Assembly (NCBI GenBank): GCA_951406725.2
Contig: OX597836.1
Coordinates: 31,682,001-31,746,000 of the forward strand
DNA length: 64,000 nt
Source: Octopus vulgaris
Lineage: Eukaryota
Direction: 5' to 3'
Shown here: piece by piece, positions 1 through 12,774 of the stretch
Layout of the letters: each line of letters opens with the position of its first letter
Position numbering within the stretch: position 1 is the stretch's first letter
Notes under the pieces: generated by a model
What the model was told of the DNA's origin: nothing
What the model saw: the letters and a program-made list of their open reading frames with translations, nothing else
The model's database searches: none
Position numbers and translations under genes: made by a program

Positions 1-193
1 TGCAAACCTTTAATATACTTGGTAGTATGCTATCATTGCAAAATTAAATACTGTGTCTTTGCTAGTAATTAATATTTACATACCAACAGCCAAGAATGTG
101 TTTGATATGTAAATTTGTATATTCATTAGTGTTACACTGCTAAATTTAGAGGGTATTTTAGCAATACGTTCATGGAGAGCTGAAGAATTGGAT

Positions 194-243
194 GTGATGC
201 TGATGAAAGAGCAATAACTCTTGAAATATGCATATACACTCAT
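194..243 (+). ncRNA. Minimal type-I hammerhead ribozyme motif (Penelope-like-element type)
   Basis: gtgatg-CTGATGA-AAGAG caataa CTCTT-GAAA-TATGCATA-TA-cactcat. Canonical core, 5-bp stem II, palindromic stem III; stem I has one bulge. Confidence 0.6.
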
Positions 244-1141
244 TACCTATATTTTGCACCTTCGATTGCATTGTTTATATGGGTGAATTTGCATATAAAA
301 AGTCCTAAATTACAGTGCTTGCTCTGAATTCTATAGAAAATATATAGTTTATCATTTAAAAAGGAAAATATAGCACTGCTAACACAAAAACTAAGATACA
401 TTATTGACATGTAAAACTTTAAAATACTTGTTGTATATTAGGACTGTAAAATATAATACTGTGTCCTTGCTAGTAATTAATAAATTTTTAAAATTCCTAG
501 AATATTTAACAAAGTTTAACATAACAAAAAACTTGAATAACTATATTAATATTCCAAGAATATGTAGCTTGTATCTTAACATTCTAAGAATACATAAAAT
601 ACAGCTTAATGTTCCAAAAATAAGCAATACATGTGTTGACATTCCAAAAACATTTAGCATAAATTTTACAATTTCAAGGATATATATCTCAATCTTATAA
701 ATACAGTTAACATAAATCTTCACATATGAAGAAAATGTAACATAGAATATTTTAATGTAAGATACATTTGCTTGAACATATATCATAAGCTGAAGAATAT
801 TACAGAAATAATCATTGACTAATATAGTATTTTTCTATTTTATCTCACTACATAAATATTACTAGTTAGGTTTTAATGCTAAACGGACACTAATTTAACT
901 ATTAAGAATCTTTTGACTAACCAGACAGCACACTTGACAAAATATATAAGATACGAAATAAGCTACGAAATGGTTCGAGTGTGGCTGTGTGGTAAGAAGT
1001 TTGTTTCCCAACCACATCACTCTGGGTTCAGTCTCACTGTGTGGCATCTTGGGCTAGTGTCTTCTACTGTAACTCTGAGCTTACCAAAACCTTGTGAGGA
1101 GATTTGGTAGACAGAAACTGAAAGAAGCTTCAGAAACTGAA

Positions 1142-1365
1142 AGGCAGAAACATTAGCACACCGGGCGAAATGCTTAGCAGTATTTCGTCTGCCGTTACGT
1201 TCTGAGTTCAAATTCCGCTGAGGTCGACTTTGCCTTTCATCCTTTCGGGGTCAATAAATTAAGTACCAGTTACGCACTGGGGTCGATGTAATCGACTTAA
1301 TCCGTTTGTCTGTCCTTGTTTGTCCCCTCTATATTTAGCTCCTTGTGGGCAATAAAGAAATAAGA
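1142..1365 (+). mobile_element. SINE family B (Meta-domain-like). Other copies: 14548-14775(-), 23255-23472(+), 34915-35070(+), 51030-51252(-), 55790-55990(-), 58738-58970(-)
   Basis: tRNA-like head ending GAGTTCAAATTCC, then GCCTTTCATCCTTTCGGGGTC(G/A)ATAAATTAAGTACCAG, which resembles the MetaSINE/Sauria central domain. Confidence 0.8.
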
Positions 1366-1939
1366 AATTAGAAACTGAAAGAAGCTTGTCATATTGGCCC
1401 CTTGTGGGTAGTAAAGAAATAGGTATTTTGTCTGCCGTTACGTTCTGAGTTCAAATTTTGCTGAGGTTGACTTTGCCTTTTATTCTTTCAGGGTCGATAA
1501 ATTCAGTACCACTCACGTACTTGTCATATTGGCAGAATGTTTGGGCTAAATTTGGTAGTTAGCGTAAAAGGAAAAGGAAACAAAATCCCATTCAAGAAAA
1601 AAAGCATTTAAAAAAATCAAAAAGTATCAATTAGATTGTGGAGGTACGTGGCTTAGTGGTTAGGGTGTCAGCATCTTGATCGTAAGATTGTGGTTTCGAT
1701 TCCTGGACTGGGTGAAGCGTTGTGTTCTTGAGCAAAACACTTCATTTCACATTGCTCCAGTCCATTCAGCTGGCAAAAATGAGTAACGCTGTGATGGACT
1801 GGTGTCCCATCCAGCTGGGGAACATATATGCCATAGAAACCAGGAAACCGGGCCCATGAGCCTGGCTAGGCTTTAAAAGGGCACATTTATTATTATTTTA
1901 TTATCAACTAGATTTTGGCTGGGAGATAACAGTTTGTTC

Positions 1940-2725
1940 AAAGTAACCACCTTCAGCTTTCACTATAGCCTCAAGAACCTGGTGCATGCATCCCTCATTG
2001 TGTCCCTGGGAAAATCTTCAAATACCTTCTTGATCTTGGCCACCAGTTCAGCCTTGGTGTGGCAGGTACAGCAGTCAGTGTCTTTCTCAACTGTGCCACA
2101 TGTATAGTAACCCATGGAATTACAACTGAGGGAATTAGGAGACAGGAAAGTGGGGCTGGGGAAGTTGTAGAACTTCTCCGACAACCACTTCTGACTCTTT
2201 TTGAAGGTATGGCAAGGAGCTGAATCCGGTTGCCATTCATATGGCCTGCCAGCAGCAACTCTCTCCAGCCAAGGATGGACCACAGCCTTCAACAGCTTCA
2301 CGTAACTATCTGTATTGAGCCTAAGGTAATTTTCAAAGATGTGGGATGGCATGACATCACCATCAATGGAAACAGACCCAAAGACCTATTTCTTTACTAC
2401 CCAAAAGGTGGTAATTACAGAAGGGACAAACAAGGACAGACAAACAGATTAAGTCGATTACATCGACCCCAGTGTGTAACTGGTACTTAATTTATCGACC
2501 TCGAAAGGATGAAAGGCAAAGTCGACCTTGGTGGCAAAGACCATTATAGTTCGTGGGAACTCGTTTTTCATGATGTTCATGTCACATCTTACAACTTTTA
2601 CAGTGTTCCCCGAGCATTGAGCTGCAAATATGATGTCAGAGTTTTGATACCCAGTGTGAACCATCACGATTCAGGTAACACTTTTCCAATATTCAGACGG
2701 TTTCCAGTTCTCCATATCAGCTAAC
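1940..2725 (-). mobile_element. Decayed Tc1/mariner transposase, internally deleted and interrupted by a SINE (~2388-2530)
   Basis: ORF 1963-2352 has WQPDSAPCH...SPNSLSCNSMGY, matching the QQDxAPxH...SPDxNPxDY motifs of the DDD/E domain. Confidence 0.8.
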
Positions 2726-2836
2726 TTTTTCTCAACAACTTTAATCTTTATGCTCTCCAACATCATGGACTGTTTATGAAATCATTAAGCTGTTCCTGAA
2801 AAAGGGGCATAAAATATCGTAAAATTTAGCCTGAAT

Positions 2837-5470
2837 ACCCTCTCTTTCTATATATATATGCATGTATGTGTACCCTCTCTTTCTATATATATGCATGTAT
2901 GTGTACCCTCTCTTTCTATATATATGCATGTATGTGTACCCTCTCTTTCTATATATATGCATGTATGTATACTCTCTCTTTCTATATATATGCCTGTATG
3001 TGTACCCTCTCTTTCTATATATATGCATGTATGTGTACCCTCTCTTTCTATATATATGCATGTATGTGTACCCTCTCTTTCTATATATATGCATGTATGT
3101 GTACCCTCTCTTTCTATATATATGCATGTATGTGTACTCTCTCATTCTATATATATGCATGTATGTGTACCCTCTCTTTCTATATATATGCATGTATGTG
3201 TACCCTCTCTTTCTATATATATGCATGTATGTGTACCCTCCCTTTCTATATATATGCATGTATGTGTACCCTCTCTTTCTATATATATGCATGTATGTGT
3301 ACTCTCTCATTCTATATATATGCATGTATGTGTACCCTCTCTTTCTATATATATGCATGTATGTGTACTCTCTCATTCTATATATATGCATGTATGTGTA
3401 CCCTCTCTTTCTATATATATGCATGTATGTGTACCCTCTCTTTCTATATATATGCATGTATGTGTACTCTCTCTTTCTATATATATGCATGTATGTGTAC
3501 CCTCTCTTTCTATATATATGCATGTATGTGTACTCCCTCATTCTATATATATGCATGTATGTGTACCCTCTCTTTCTATATATATGCATGTATGTGTACT
3601 CTCTCATTCTATATATATGCATGTATGTGTACCCTCTCTTTCTATATATATGCATGTATGTGTACTCTCTCATTCTATATATATGCATGTATGTGTACCC
3701 TCTCTTTCTATATATATGCATGTATGTGTACTCTCTCTTTCTATATATATGCATGTATGTGTACCCTCTCTTTCTATATATATGCATGTATGTGTACTCT
3801 CTCATTCTATATATATGCATGTATGTGTACCCTCTCTTTCTATATATATGCATGTATGTGTACCCTCTCTTTCTATATATATGCATGTATGTGTACCCTC
3901 TCTTTCTATATATATGCCTGTATGTGTACCCTCTCTTTCTATATATATACCTGTATGTGTACCCTCTCTTTCTATATATATACATGTATGTGTACCCTCT
4001 CTTTCTATATATATGCATGTATGTGTACCCTCTCTTTCTATATATATGCATGTATGTGTACCCTCTCTTTCTATATATATGCATGTATGTGTACCCTCTC
4101 TTTCTATATATATGCATGTATGTGTACCCTCTCTTTCTATATATATGCATGTATGTGTACTCTCTCATTCTATATATATGCATGTATGTGTACCCTCTCT
4201 TTCTATATATATGCATGTATGTGTACCTCTCTTTCTATATATATGCATGTATGTGTACTCTCTCTTTCTATATATATGCATGTATGTGTACCCTCTCTTT
4301 CTATATATATGCATGTATGTGTACCTCTCTTTCTATATATATGCATGTATGTGTACCCTCTCTTTCTATATATATGCATGTATGTGTACCTCTCTTTCTA
4401 TATATATGCATGTATGTGTACTCTCTCATTCTATATATATGCATGTATGTGTACCCTCTCTTTCTATATATATGCATGTATGTGTACTCTCTCATTCTAT
4501 ATATATGCATGTATGTGTACCCTCTCTTTCTATATATATGCATGTATGTGTACTCTCTCTTTCTATATATATGCATGTATGTGTACCCTCTCTTTCTATA
4601 TATATGCATGTATGTGTACTCTCTCATTCTATATATATGCATGTATGTGTACCCTCTCTTTCTATATATATGCATGTATGTGTACCCTCTCTTTCTATAT
4701 ATATGCATGTATGTGTACCCTCTCTTTCTATATATATGCCTGTATGTGTACCCTCTCTTTCTATATATATGCCTGTATGTGTACCCTCTCTTTCTATATA
4801 TATACATGTATGTGTACCCTCTCTTTCTATATATATGCATGTATATGTACCCTCTCTTTCTATATATATGCATGTATGTGTACCCTCTCTTTCTATATAT
4901 ATGCATGTATGTGTACCCTCTCTTTCTATATATATGCATGTATGTGTACCCTCTCTTTCTATATATATGCATGTATGTGTACCCTCTCTTTCTATATATA
5001 TGCATGTATGTGTACCCTCTCTTTCTATATATATGCATGTATGTGTACCCTCTCTTTCTATATATATGCATGTATGTGTACCCTCTCTTTCTATATATAT
5101 GCATGTATGTGTACCCTCTTTTTTATATATATGCATGTATGTGTACCTCTCTTTCTATATATATGCATGTATGTGTACCCTCTCTTTCTATATATATGCA
5201 TGTATGTGTACCCTCTCTTTCTATATATATGCATGTATGTGTACCCTCTCTTTCTGTATATATGCATGTATGTGTACCCTCTCTTTCTATATATATGCAT
5301 GTATGTGTACCCTCTCTTTCTATATATATGCATGTATGTGTACCCTCTCTTTCTATATATATGCATGTATGTGTACCCTCTCTTTCTATATATATGCATG
5401 TATGTGTACCCTCTCTTTCTATATGTATGCATGTATGTGTACCCTCTCTCTATATATACATGCGTGTATG
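2837..5470. repeat. 33-bp minisatellite, about 80 copies
   Basis: Unit GCATGTATGTGTACCCTCTCTTTCTATATATAT, with minor variants and a few 31-32-bp units. Confidence 0.97.
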
Positions 5471-5472
5471 TG

Positions 5473-5855
5473 TAGGCACAGGAGTGACTGCGTGTTAAGT
5501 AGCTTGCTAATGAACAACATGGTTCCGGGTTCAGTCCCACTGCATAGCACCTTGGGCAAGTGTCTTCTACTATAGCCATGGGTCGACCAAAGCCTTGTGA
5601 GTGGAAACTGAAAGAAGCCCGTCGTATATATGTATATATATATTTGTGTGTCATTGTTTGTCCCCCAACATCGCTTGACAACCGATGGTGGTGTGTTTAC
5701 GTCCCCGTAACTTAGCGGTTTGGCAAAAGAGACTGATAGAATAAGTACTGGGCTTACAAAGAATAAGTCCTGGGGTCGATTTGGTCAACTAAAGGCGGTG
5801 CTCCAGCATGGCCACAGTTAAATGACTGAAACAAGTAAAAGAGTAAAAGAGTATG
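5473..5855 (+). mobile_element. tRNA-derived SINE family A
   Basis: Head GGCACAGGAGTG...GGTTCAGTCCC, internal (TA/TG) tract, tail GGCGGTGCTCCAGCATGGCC...(GTAAAAGA)n. Confidence 0.88.
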
Positions 5856-6097
5856 TGTGTATATATATATATATATCTTTGTGTTTGTCCCTCATCACTA
5901 CTTGTTAGTTTGCTTATATCTCTTTAACTGACACATTTTGGCATAAAAGACCAACAGAATAAGTACAAGGCTTAAAATATAAGTCCTGGTGTTGGTCCCT
6001 TTGACTAAAACACTTCAAAGGGGGTGGGGGTCCCAAAAGGCCACAGTCCAAATACTGAAACAAATAAAACATAAAAAATAGAAAGAAATCTTCAGAC

Positions 6098-6307
6098 CTC
6101 ATTCTTCCATTTCGATTGTATATTAAGTGTAAATGCCGCCCACAACGGCATACTTGTATTAGTATCAACAGCCACGATATAGTCTCTCTGGGGGAGAATA
6201 CAGGAGGACATGTCTTTGGTACTAGACAACACCAAGAAAGGCAAATGTTTTCTGATGAGAGATTCCTTATCATCTTCTGCTTTCTTCAGTCTTTCTTTAA
6301 TCAATTT
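6098..6307 (-). CDS. ENPP: ENPP-family exon (210 nt; KLIKERLKK...HLPF...CILPQRDYIVAVDTNTSMPLWAAFTL...), start of nuclease-like domain
   Basis: ttctag|AAA...GAG|gtctga (weaker donor). Matches the LP(Y/F)...CxLxQ...MPLWxxYT pattern of the ENPP1-3 nuclease-like domain. Confidence 0.85.
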
Positions 6308-6469
6308 CTAGAAAGAAGAAAGAAAAAAAAAAACAATAATATAATTGTTACAGTTATTATCTTGAATGTGTGAAGATTAAATTGTTTAGGGAATATAAAA
6401 TAAACAGTCATAAATTTATCAGGCAGATAAGAAATGAAGAATATAAATCTTCAGTGTACAAGAATTGAT

Positions 6470-6531
<62 letters not shown>

Positions 6532-6576
6532 ATATATATATATATAAAAACACACACACCTATATATATATATATG

Positions 6577-6617
<41 letters not shown>

Positions 6618-6703
6618 TTATTCACTGGTTGAATAAGCCATTTGTAAAAACTGAAGTCGTATTCAAAACTGATTATGCATAAATACATGCACATGCACAT
6701 AAA

Positions 6704-6745
<42 letters not shown>

Positions 6746-6829
6746 TCATCATCGTTTAACATCCGCTTTCCATGCTAGCATGGGTTGGACGATTTGACTG
6801 AGGACTGGATGCCCTTCTTACAGAACAGA

Positions 6830-8200
6830 TTTATGGGGAGGTCCCATGAATTAAATAATTCCATCCAGTCAGTACCAAATAAGTTTGTTGCATTATTTAA
6901 CAAAAACTTTTGCTTTCAAGGTTTTACCCAGAAATGTAACCTCAGTTATTATTTTGCCCCTAAAAATGTAATTTTTTTCCTGAGACACCTTTTGCAGTTT
7001 TTGAAGTTTCCATGAATGTAAGCTTTCCTATTTTCTCCATGTATCAGTGTTAAGAATTTGAATATCACAATATCACATTATTGATTTTTATGTACACAAA
7101 CTTTCTTTTGTGAACCTTGCTTAGACATTCTGTTGAGAAAAGACAATTAAAACATTTAAAATTTTTAAATGGACTGTTATTTCTAAAATGTAGACCTCTA
7201 CATCCACAGCATGGACTGGGTCTAGATCTTCACTTATCTTTTTCCGTATCCATTACAGATTGACACGCATGTATATGAGAGTAATCTTTTTCTTCAATTT
7301 TATTTGAGTCATGTCATTGATTGATAATTCTCTGACATTCCTCTGACACTGCCTGCAGAGTCAAATTCTAGTCCTGTTCCAATTTTGTCAATATCTCTGC
7401 AGCTTTGCTTGCAGTTAACTTTTGAACAAAAATTAGACATTTGAACATGTCTGGGGTTAATTCCTTTAGCTTGAATTTTTTTACACTCTCTATTGACGAC
7501 TCCAGCATAGGTGATGAAATCTTCATAATTTTTTTTTACTAAATTCAAACTCTCTCAGCAAGTATTGAACAAGGAACTTCTCTCACTGAAAATTTTGATA
7601 ACAATTCAATTGTTTCATTGAAACAAAATTTCACATTTTTTTTTGGGCAGAATGTAGTTACAGTATTTTTCTTGTTCAGCAGGGGATAATTTTCTTAAAT
7701 GTAGTCATACCTTGTCATTGTCCGTCCAATTTTTGCATTCCTCTTTAAGATTTCTTCAAATCTTTGGAAATATGCAGGAAAAGTAATACCTTCTTCTGGG
7801 TTATAACTAAATTCAGCAAGCTGCATTTTCTACGCCATCTAGTGAGAAAGAACTTGAAGTATTTTTGAACTAATTCCAGCAACTGTTGTTCAACTCATGA
7901 GTATTGTTGCATGATTTTTGAGTAATGTTGTTTGACTCTTGGGTACTGTTGTTTGACTCTTGGGTACTGTTGTTTGACTCTTGGGTACTGTTGTTTGACT
8001 CTTGGGTACTGTTGTTCGACTCTTGGGTACTGTTGTTTGACACTTTCTGTTGTTGCTGTTTCACTGCACTATGGAAGCTAATAAGTCTTCCATGTTAACT
8101 ATTTTTTTATTATTTTGTATCAAAAGAAAATGCTAGCATCCAACGTAAGCTTCGGATAAACTTGTTGACACTTTTATAAGTGGATATCCCTGTCGCCACT
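6830..8200 (-). mobile_element. Decayed Ty3/Gypsy LTR retrotransposon gag-protease fragment
   Basis: Minus-strand translation gives FSYNPEEGITFPAY...LFNT...YEDFITYAGVVNREC and NLFGTDWMELF, with stops and frameshifts. PBS-like TGGCGAC near 8192-8198. Internal 21-bp tandem at 7880-8045. Confidence 0.7.
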
Positions 8201-8291
8201 TTTATATCTTTCTATACGTTGGATATACAGATTTCATGAAGCAGGATTTGACACAACTGTCTTCACATGACATACTTCAAATTACTCCATT

Positions 8292-8592
8292 GTGGAGGCA
8301 CATGGCCTAGTGGTTAGAGCAATGGACTCGCGGTCAAGGGATCATGGGTTTGAATCTCAGACCGGGCGATGTGTGTATTTATGAGTGAAACACCTAAGCT
8401 TCACGCAGCTCTGGCAGAAGGTAATAGCGAACTTCTGCTGACATTTTTGCCACAACTTTCTCTCACTCTTTCCTCCTGCATCTTGCAGCTCACCTGCGAT
8501 GGACCGGTGTCCTGTCCAGGTGGGGAACCTATACGCCAAGGAAGCAGGGAAACCCGGCCCTTATGAGCCAGGCATGGCTCGAGAAGGAACAA
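8292..8592 (+). mobile_element. SINE family C. Related copies: 1638-1882, 13086-13385(-), 13925-14235, 49647-49862(-), 54891-55105, 60460-60790(-), 61205-61382(-)
   Basis: A box TGGCCTAGTGG and B box GGTTTGAATCT; 12-bp TSD CAAATTACTCCA. Confidence 0.85.
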
Positions 8593-9287
8593 ATTACTCC
8601 ACTAAACATGATACTCCAATAAATACAACTCTCAATGATCTCAATGACTTCCTACAACTTTCATGAACTCTCAATGACTCTTTCATCTCTTCTCACATCT
8701 CAATCAATATGCTACTTTTTATAAGAGTTCTGCTAGTCCATTCTTCCAATCCCACAAGGGTGTCAATGACTCTTGCCACAAGAGTCACCCAGTCCAGGAA
8801 TTGAAACCACAATCTTACGATCATGAGACTAACATCCTAACTACAACTACCAAGTCATGTGCTTGCCAGAGTCAAAAGAAGTAGCACTATCATGCATATG
8901 TTCCCAGTGAACACCATGTTCTGAAGGTCTGAAGTTTTTAAGTTAAGAGAAATTAAAAAATCCTTTATTTGAAAGACAAGTAAAACTATTTGGCTATAAA
9001 ACCTATTTGGCCATAAAATAAGGCCTCAAATAAATAGCCTTCCAGTCTACATCGACATAGAAAACAAATGCAAAATAAACAAATGCATGTATGTGTGTCT
9101 GTATGTGTGTGTGTGTGTATACATACACACACAAACACATATGGTGATAACAAGAAAAGCAAAAACAAGAACGCTCATTAATGTTTTGCCCACGAAAGTT
9201 TGAAAGTTTTACAACTGTTACACTAATTGGCAAGAGAGAACATCAAGGACAGAGTCAAATCACACATGTAAATAGGTGTGTGTGTGC

Positions 9288-9332
<45 letters not shown>

Positions 9333-9398
9333 CATACACACACATACCCACACATGCACACACATATGCATAAACAAAATATACATATATATATATAC

Positions 9399-9463
<65 letters not shown>

Positions 9464-9598
9464 ATAAAAAGCAAAGCAAAAACAAATACACATAAATATA
9501 CATACATACACATGTATGTACACATATATGTATATAGGCATATATATATATATATACATATGCACATACATTGGTCTATTTATTTATATACATATAAG

Positions 9599-9637
<39 letters not shown>

Positions 9638-9712
9638 TATTATATTATATTATATTAATTACATATATATATATACACACACATGTACATACATGAATAC
9701 TGACACATGCAC

Positions 9713-9751
<39 letters not shown>

Positions 9752-9773
9752 ATAAAACGGTAAGATAACAAAA

Positions 9774-9826
<53 letters not shown>

Positions 9827-10224
9827 ATGGAAAGTTTCCAAATGTGTACTAGACATCTTAATAAAATTGTCAGTAAGCTTGGAGAAGTTATGATTTATAT
9901 CCAAACAAAAGTACTGAAGCAGAATATGATACAAATGATAATTTTGGTGTTGTAAATGTTTCACCCTCGTTAAACAATTTTTCTATTCTGTTAACAGAAA
10001 TATACCAGACCACCTAACAGTAATATTTCTTGCCAGGTGAAATTGTAAAATGTAATGTTTGCAATGAGGTAAAACATTATTTGTTTTACATTATTTTTTT
10101 TTTGCCTTTCTTTTTATGTTGATCTATTTACTTTTGTGCTATTTGTATGTGAAGGTGCATAACCTTGTACTTTAGGTGTTGGATTTACAATTGCTATCCT
10201 GTAGCCTTAACACTGGCCGATTCC

Positions 10225-10650
10225 CCCTGGTACACCACTCTGGATGACATAATCAGAAGGGATCTGGATGTGGCTGGCTTCCCGTCTCAACTTGAGCCAG
10301 CAGGTCTCAACTGTGGAGACAGCAAGTGCCCTGATGGGACAACCCTCATCACATTCGAGAGAGATAGATGTCTAGTCTGGGTTGCAACATACAGTGACAT
10401 ATTCTCAGGCTCCAACCTTGTTGCATTGGCTGCAAGCCCAAGTGTCACCACTCATAATGTGGAGGAGAAAAATTTCAATAAACAGTTTGTGCCAGTTGTC
10501 GTTGAGTTGTTGGGTGTTCTCACACCCCGTACTACTGATTTCTTCCACAAAATAGAGATAGCAGTGGTCCATCAGAGAAATGAGCCCTGTTAGGTGCAGT
10601 GGCTACTGCAGCAAGTGCTACTGGACATTCTCTGTGGCAAGAGCACTGTG
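10225..10650 (+). mobile_element. Restriction-like-endonuclease non-LTR retrotransposon fragment (CRE-like C-terminus)
   Basis: TLDDIIRRDL..AGFPSQLEPAGL..GDSKCPDGTTL....RCLVW resembles the LNDIIRRAL...LEP.GL...DGKRPDG.T.......LVWD motif. Confidence 0.65.
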
Positions 10651-11251
10651 ATCATTACTATGGGTCGTGGGTGAGCACACCGTTTGTTCTAAGGCCTGTT
10701 TTACCTTTGCCCTTTTTCTTTCTTTTCCTTTCTTTATTTTTCCTGCTTCTTTGTATTTAATGCCACCTGTGCTGGTGGCATGTAAAAAGCACCATTCAAG
10801 CATGGTCAATGCCTGACTGGCCCTCATGCCAGTGGCACATAAAAAGCACCATTCAAGTATGGCCAATGCCAGTACTGCCTGACTGGCCCTCATGCCGGTG
10901 GCACATAAAAAGGACCCACTACACTCTTGGAGTGGTTAGCATTAGGAATGGCACCCAGCTGTAGAAATTTTGCCAGATCAGATTTGAGCCTGGTGCAGAC
11001 TACTGGCTTGCCAGCTCTCAGTCAAACCGTCCAACCCATGCAAGCATGGAAAGCAGACGTCAAACAACGATGATGATGATGATGTGGTCAGCTTTGTTTG
11101 TTGTTGATATGTGAGATTTATGAAATAAAAATTAGCCAAGACACTTGGATTAATATAAACAGCTAAAACTCTTGAAGTTGTTTCGGTGACTGAAACCAGT
11201 GAAATAATACAAGAATGTATAATAAATAGAAAAGGAAAGTATAGAACTTAC

Positions 11252-11433
11252 TTCAATTTCTGATGAATTGGAACAGCGAGAAGAAACTGGCATTATTGTA
11301 CTGATGTTGTTTGAACGGACACATTTTTCTATGAGGAAAATGGTTGATTTTTGCTTTTTCAAATCCATGTTCAGAGCATCTTCTAAACGTCCATTTGTAC
11401 CGTTGTTGTCGTTTGGTGGAACATTTAGTAAGG
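11252..11433 (-). CDS. ENPP: ENPP-family exon (182 nt; ALLNVPPNDNNGTNGRLEDALNM...CSNSSEIE)
   Basis: ttttag|CC...GAA|gtaagt. Carries the LLxxxPxxNNGTxGxL motif followed by a Cys-containing linker. Phase 1 to 0. Confidence 0.92.
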
Positions 11434-12269
11434 CTAAAATACAATTAATGCACAAATAAGTAGTTTCATGATTTCTCTATTTAAAAAAAAAAAAATGGAA
11501 AAAGAAACAGTTAAGAGAGAAGCTTTGAGCAAAACAGTTAAATTTTGGGAAACTGTATTATTTTCAAAGCACAAAATTATATCTAATGAATGCAGTATGG
11601 AAGATATGCATCAACCATTCAAATACACAAAAAAGATTTTGCTTAAACATTTATTAATTTCGCTTAAGCATTTATTATTCGGTGTCAATAGGAGTAGGAG
11701 TGGCTGTGTGGTAAGTACTAGGCTTACAAAAGAATAAGTCCTGGGGTCGATTTGCTCGACTAAAGGCGGTGCTCCAGCATGGCCACAGTCAAACGACGGA
11801 AACCAGTAAAAGAGTAAAAGAGTATGAACTGTACTGGTCACTGACATGATTCTGTTGCATCTAAACTGTATAGTCGTTAGTTAATACGTGTATTTATAAC
11901 AACGAGAATGAAGAAAATCACATTTTTATTTGATAATTATGCCTTACATTACCATTATTATTTATTATACATTCTGGTGGTATTATTTCTGTGGTGCCAG
12001 CAATAGAAAATGCTTGTCGGTGAAATATGGTGTAATTATCAAATGAAAATTATGATTTTCTCCATTCTTTTTCTTGTTATGTATTCTAGACTTCTTGAAA
12101 GTCTTCTAAGTGATATGTGGATTTACTTGTCATACATATGAGGAATTACCATGGATATTAATTCTGTTTGAATTTATTGGTATTATCAGATTGTTTGATG
12201 TGGTTAACCATGTTTGCTTAAATACTGAGTGCTTTCAAAGATATCTGCCTGGTTTTATTTATCCATTTT

Positions 12270-12580
12270 TCCTCCTCCCCTCAGCCCCCTCCTCCTCCTC
12301 CTCCTCCTCCTCCTCCTCCTCACCCCCTCATCACCTCCCCCTCTGCCTTTCCCCACTTCCACCTCCTCCTCCTCCTCCTCCTCCTCAGCTCCCTCCCCCC
12401 ACCCCTCTGCCTTCTCCCACATCCTCCTACCATCTCCTCCTCCTCCTCAGCTCCCTCCTCCTTCTCCCACCACCACCTCCTCCTCCCCATCCCTCCCCAT
12501 TCTCCCACCTCCTCCTCCTCAGCCCCACCCTCCCCTCCCCTCCTCCTTCTCACCCTCCTCCTCCTCCTCCTCCTCCATCA
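12270..12580. repeat. (CCT)n-like polypyrimidine low-complexity tract
   Basis: Directly visible; source of the poly-Pro/Ser ORFs. Confidence 0.9.
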
Positions 12581-12774
12581 TTTTAAATCCAAGTTTTGTC
12601 TCCATTAAAGGAAGTTGCTGGATCTACCTTAATACCATAGCAACCACCCTCACTCCATCTTGCCATCTTGCCTAGTCTTGGACGTCCTCCCCTCTCAAGC
12701 CAACCCTCCAAATCTCCTCCTCTACCTGTGCCCCCCTCCCTCCCACATATTCCTCAGTCTACCTTGCTTTTGCT

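Noticed and set aside
2774-5681. Very long ORFs (up to 905 aa) in several frames
   Set aside because: They are translations of the stop-free 33-bp minisatellite, with no domain content.
1-6000. Next downstream ENPP exon (CLxxDxRIP-like)
   Set aside because: No convincing match was found; the gene probably continues beyond position 1.
12110-12675. Proline-rich ORFs
   Set aside because: (CCT)n low-complexity artefact.
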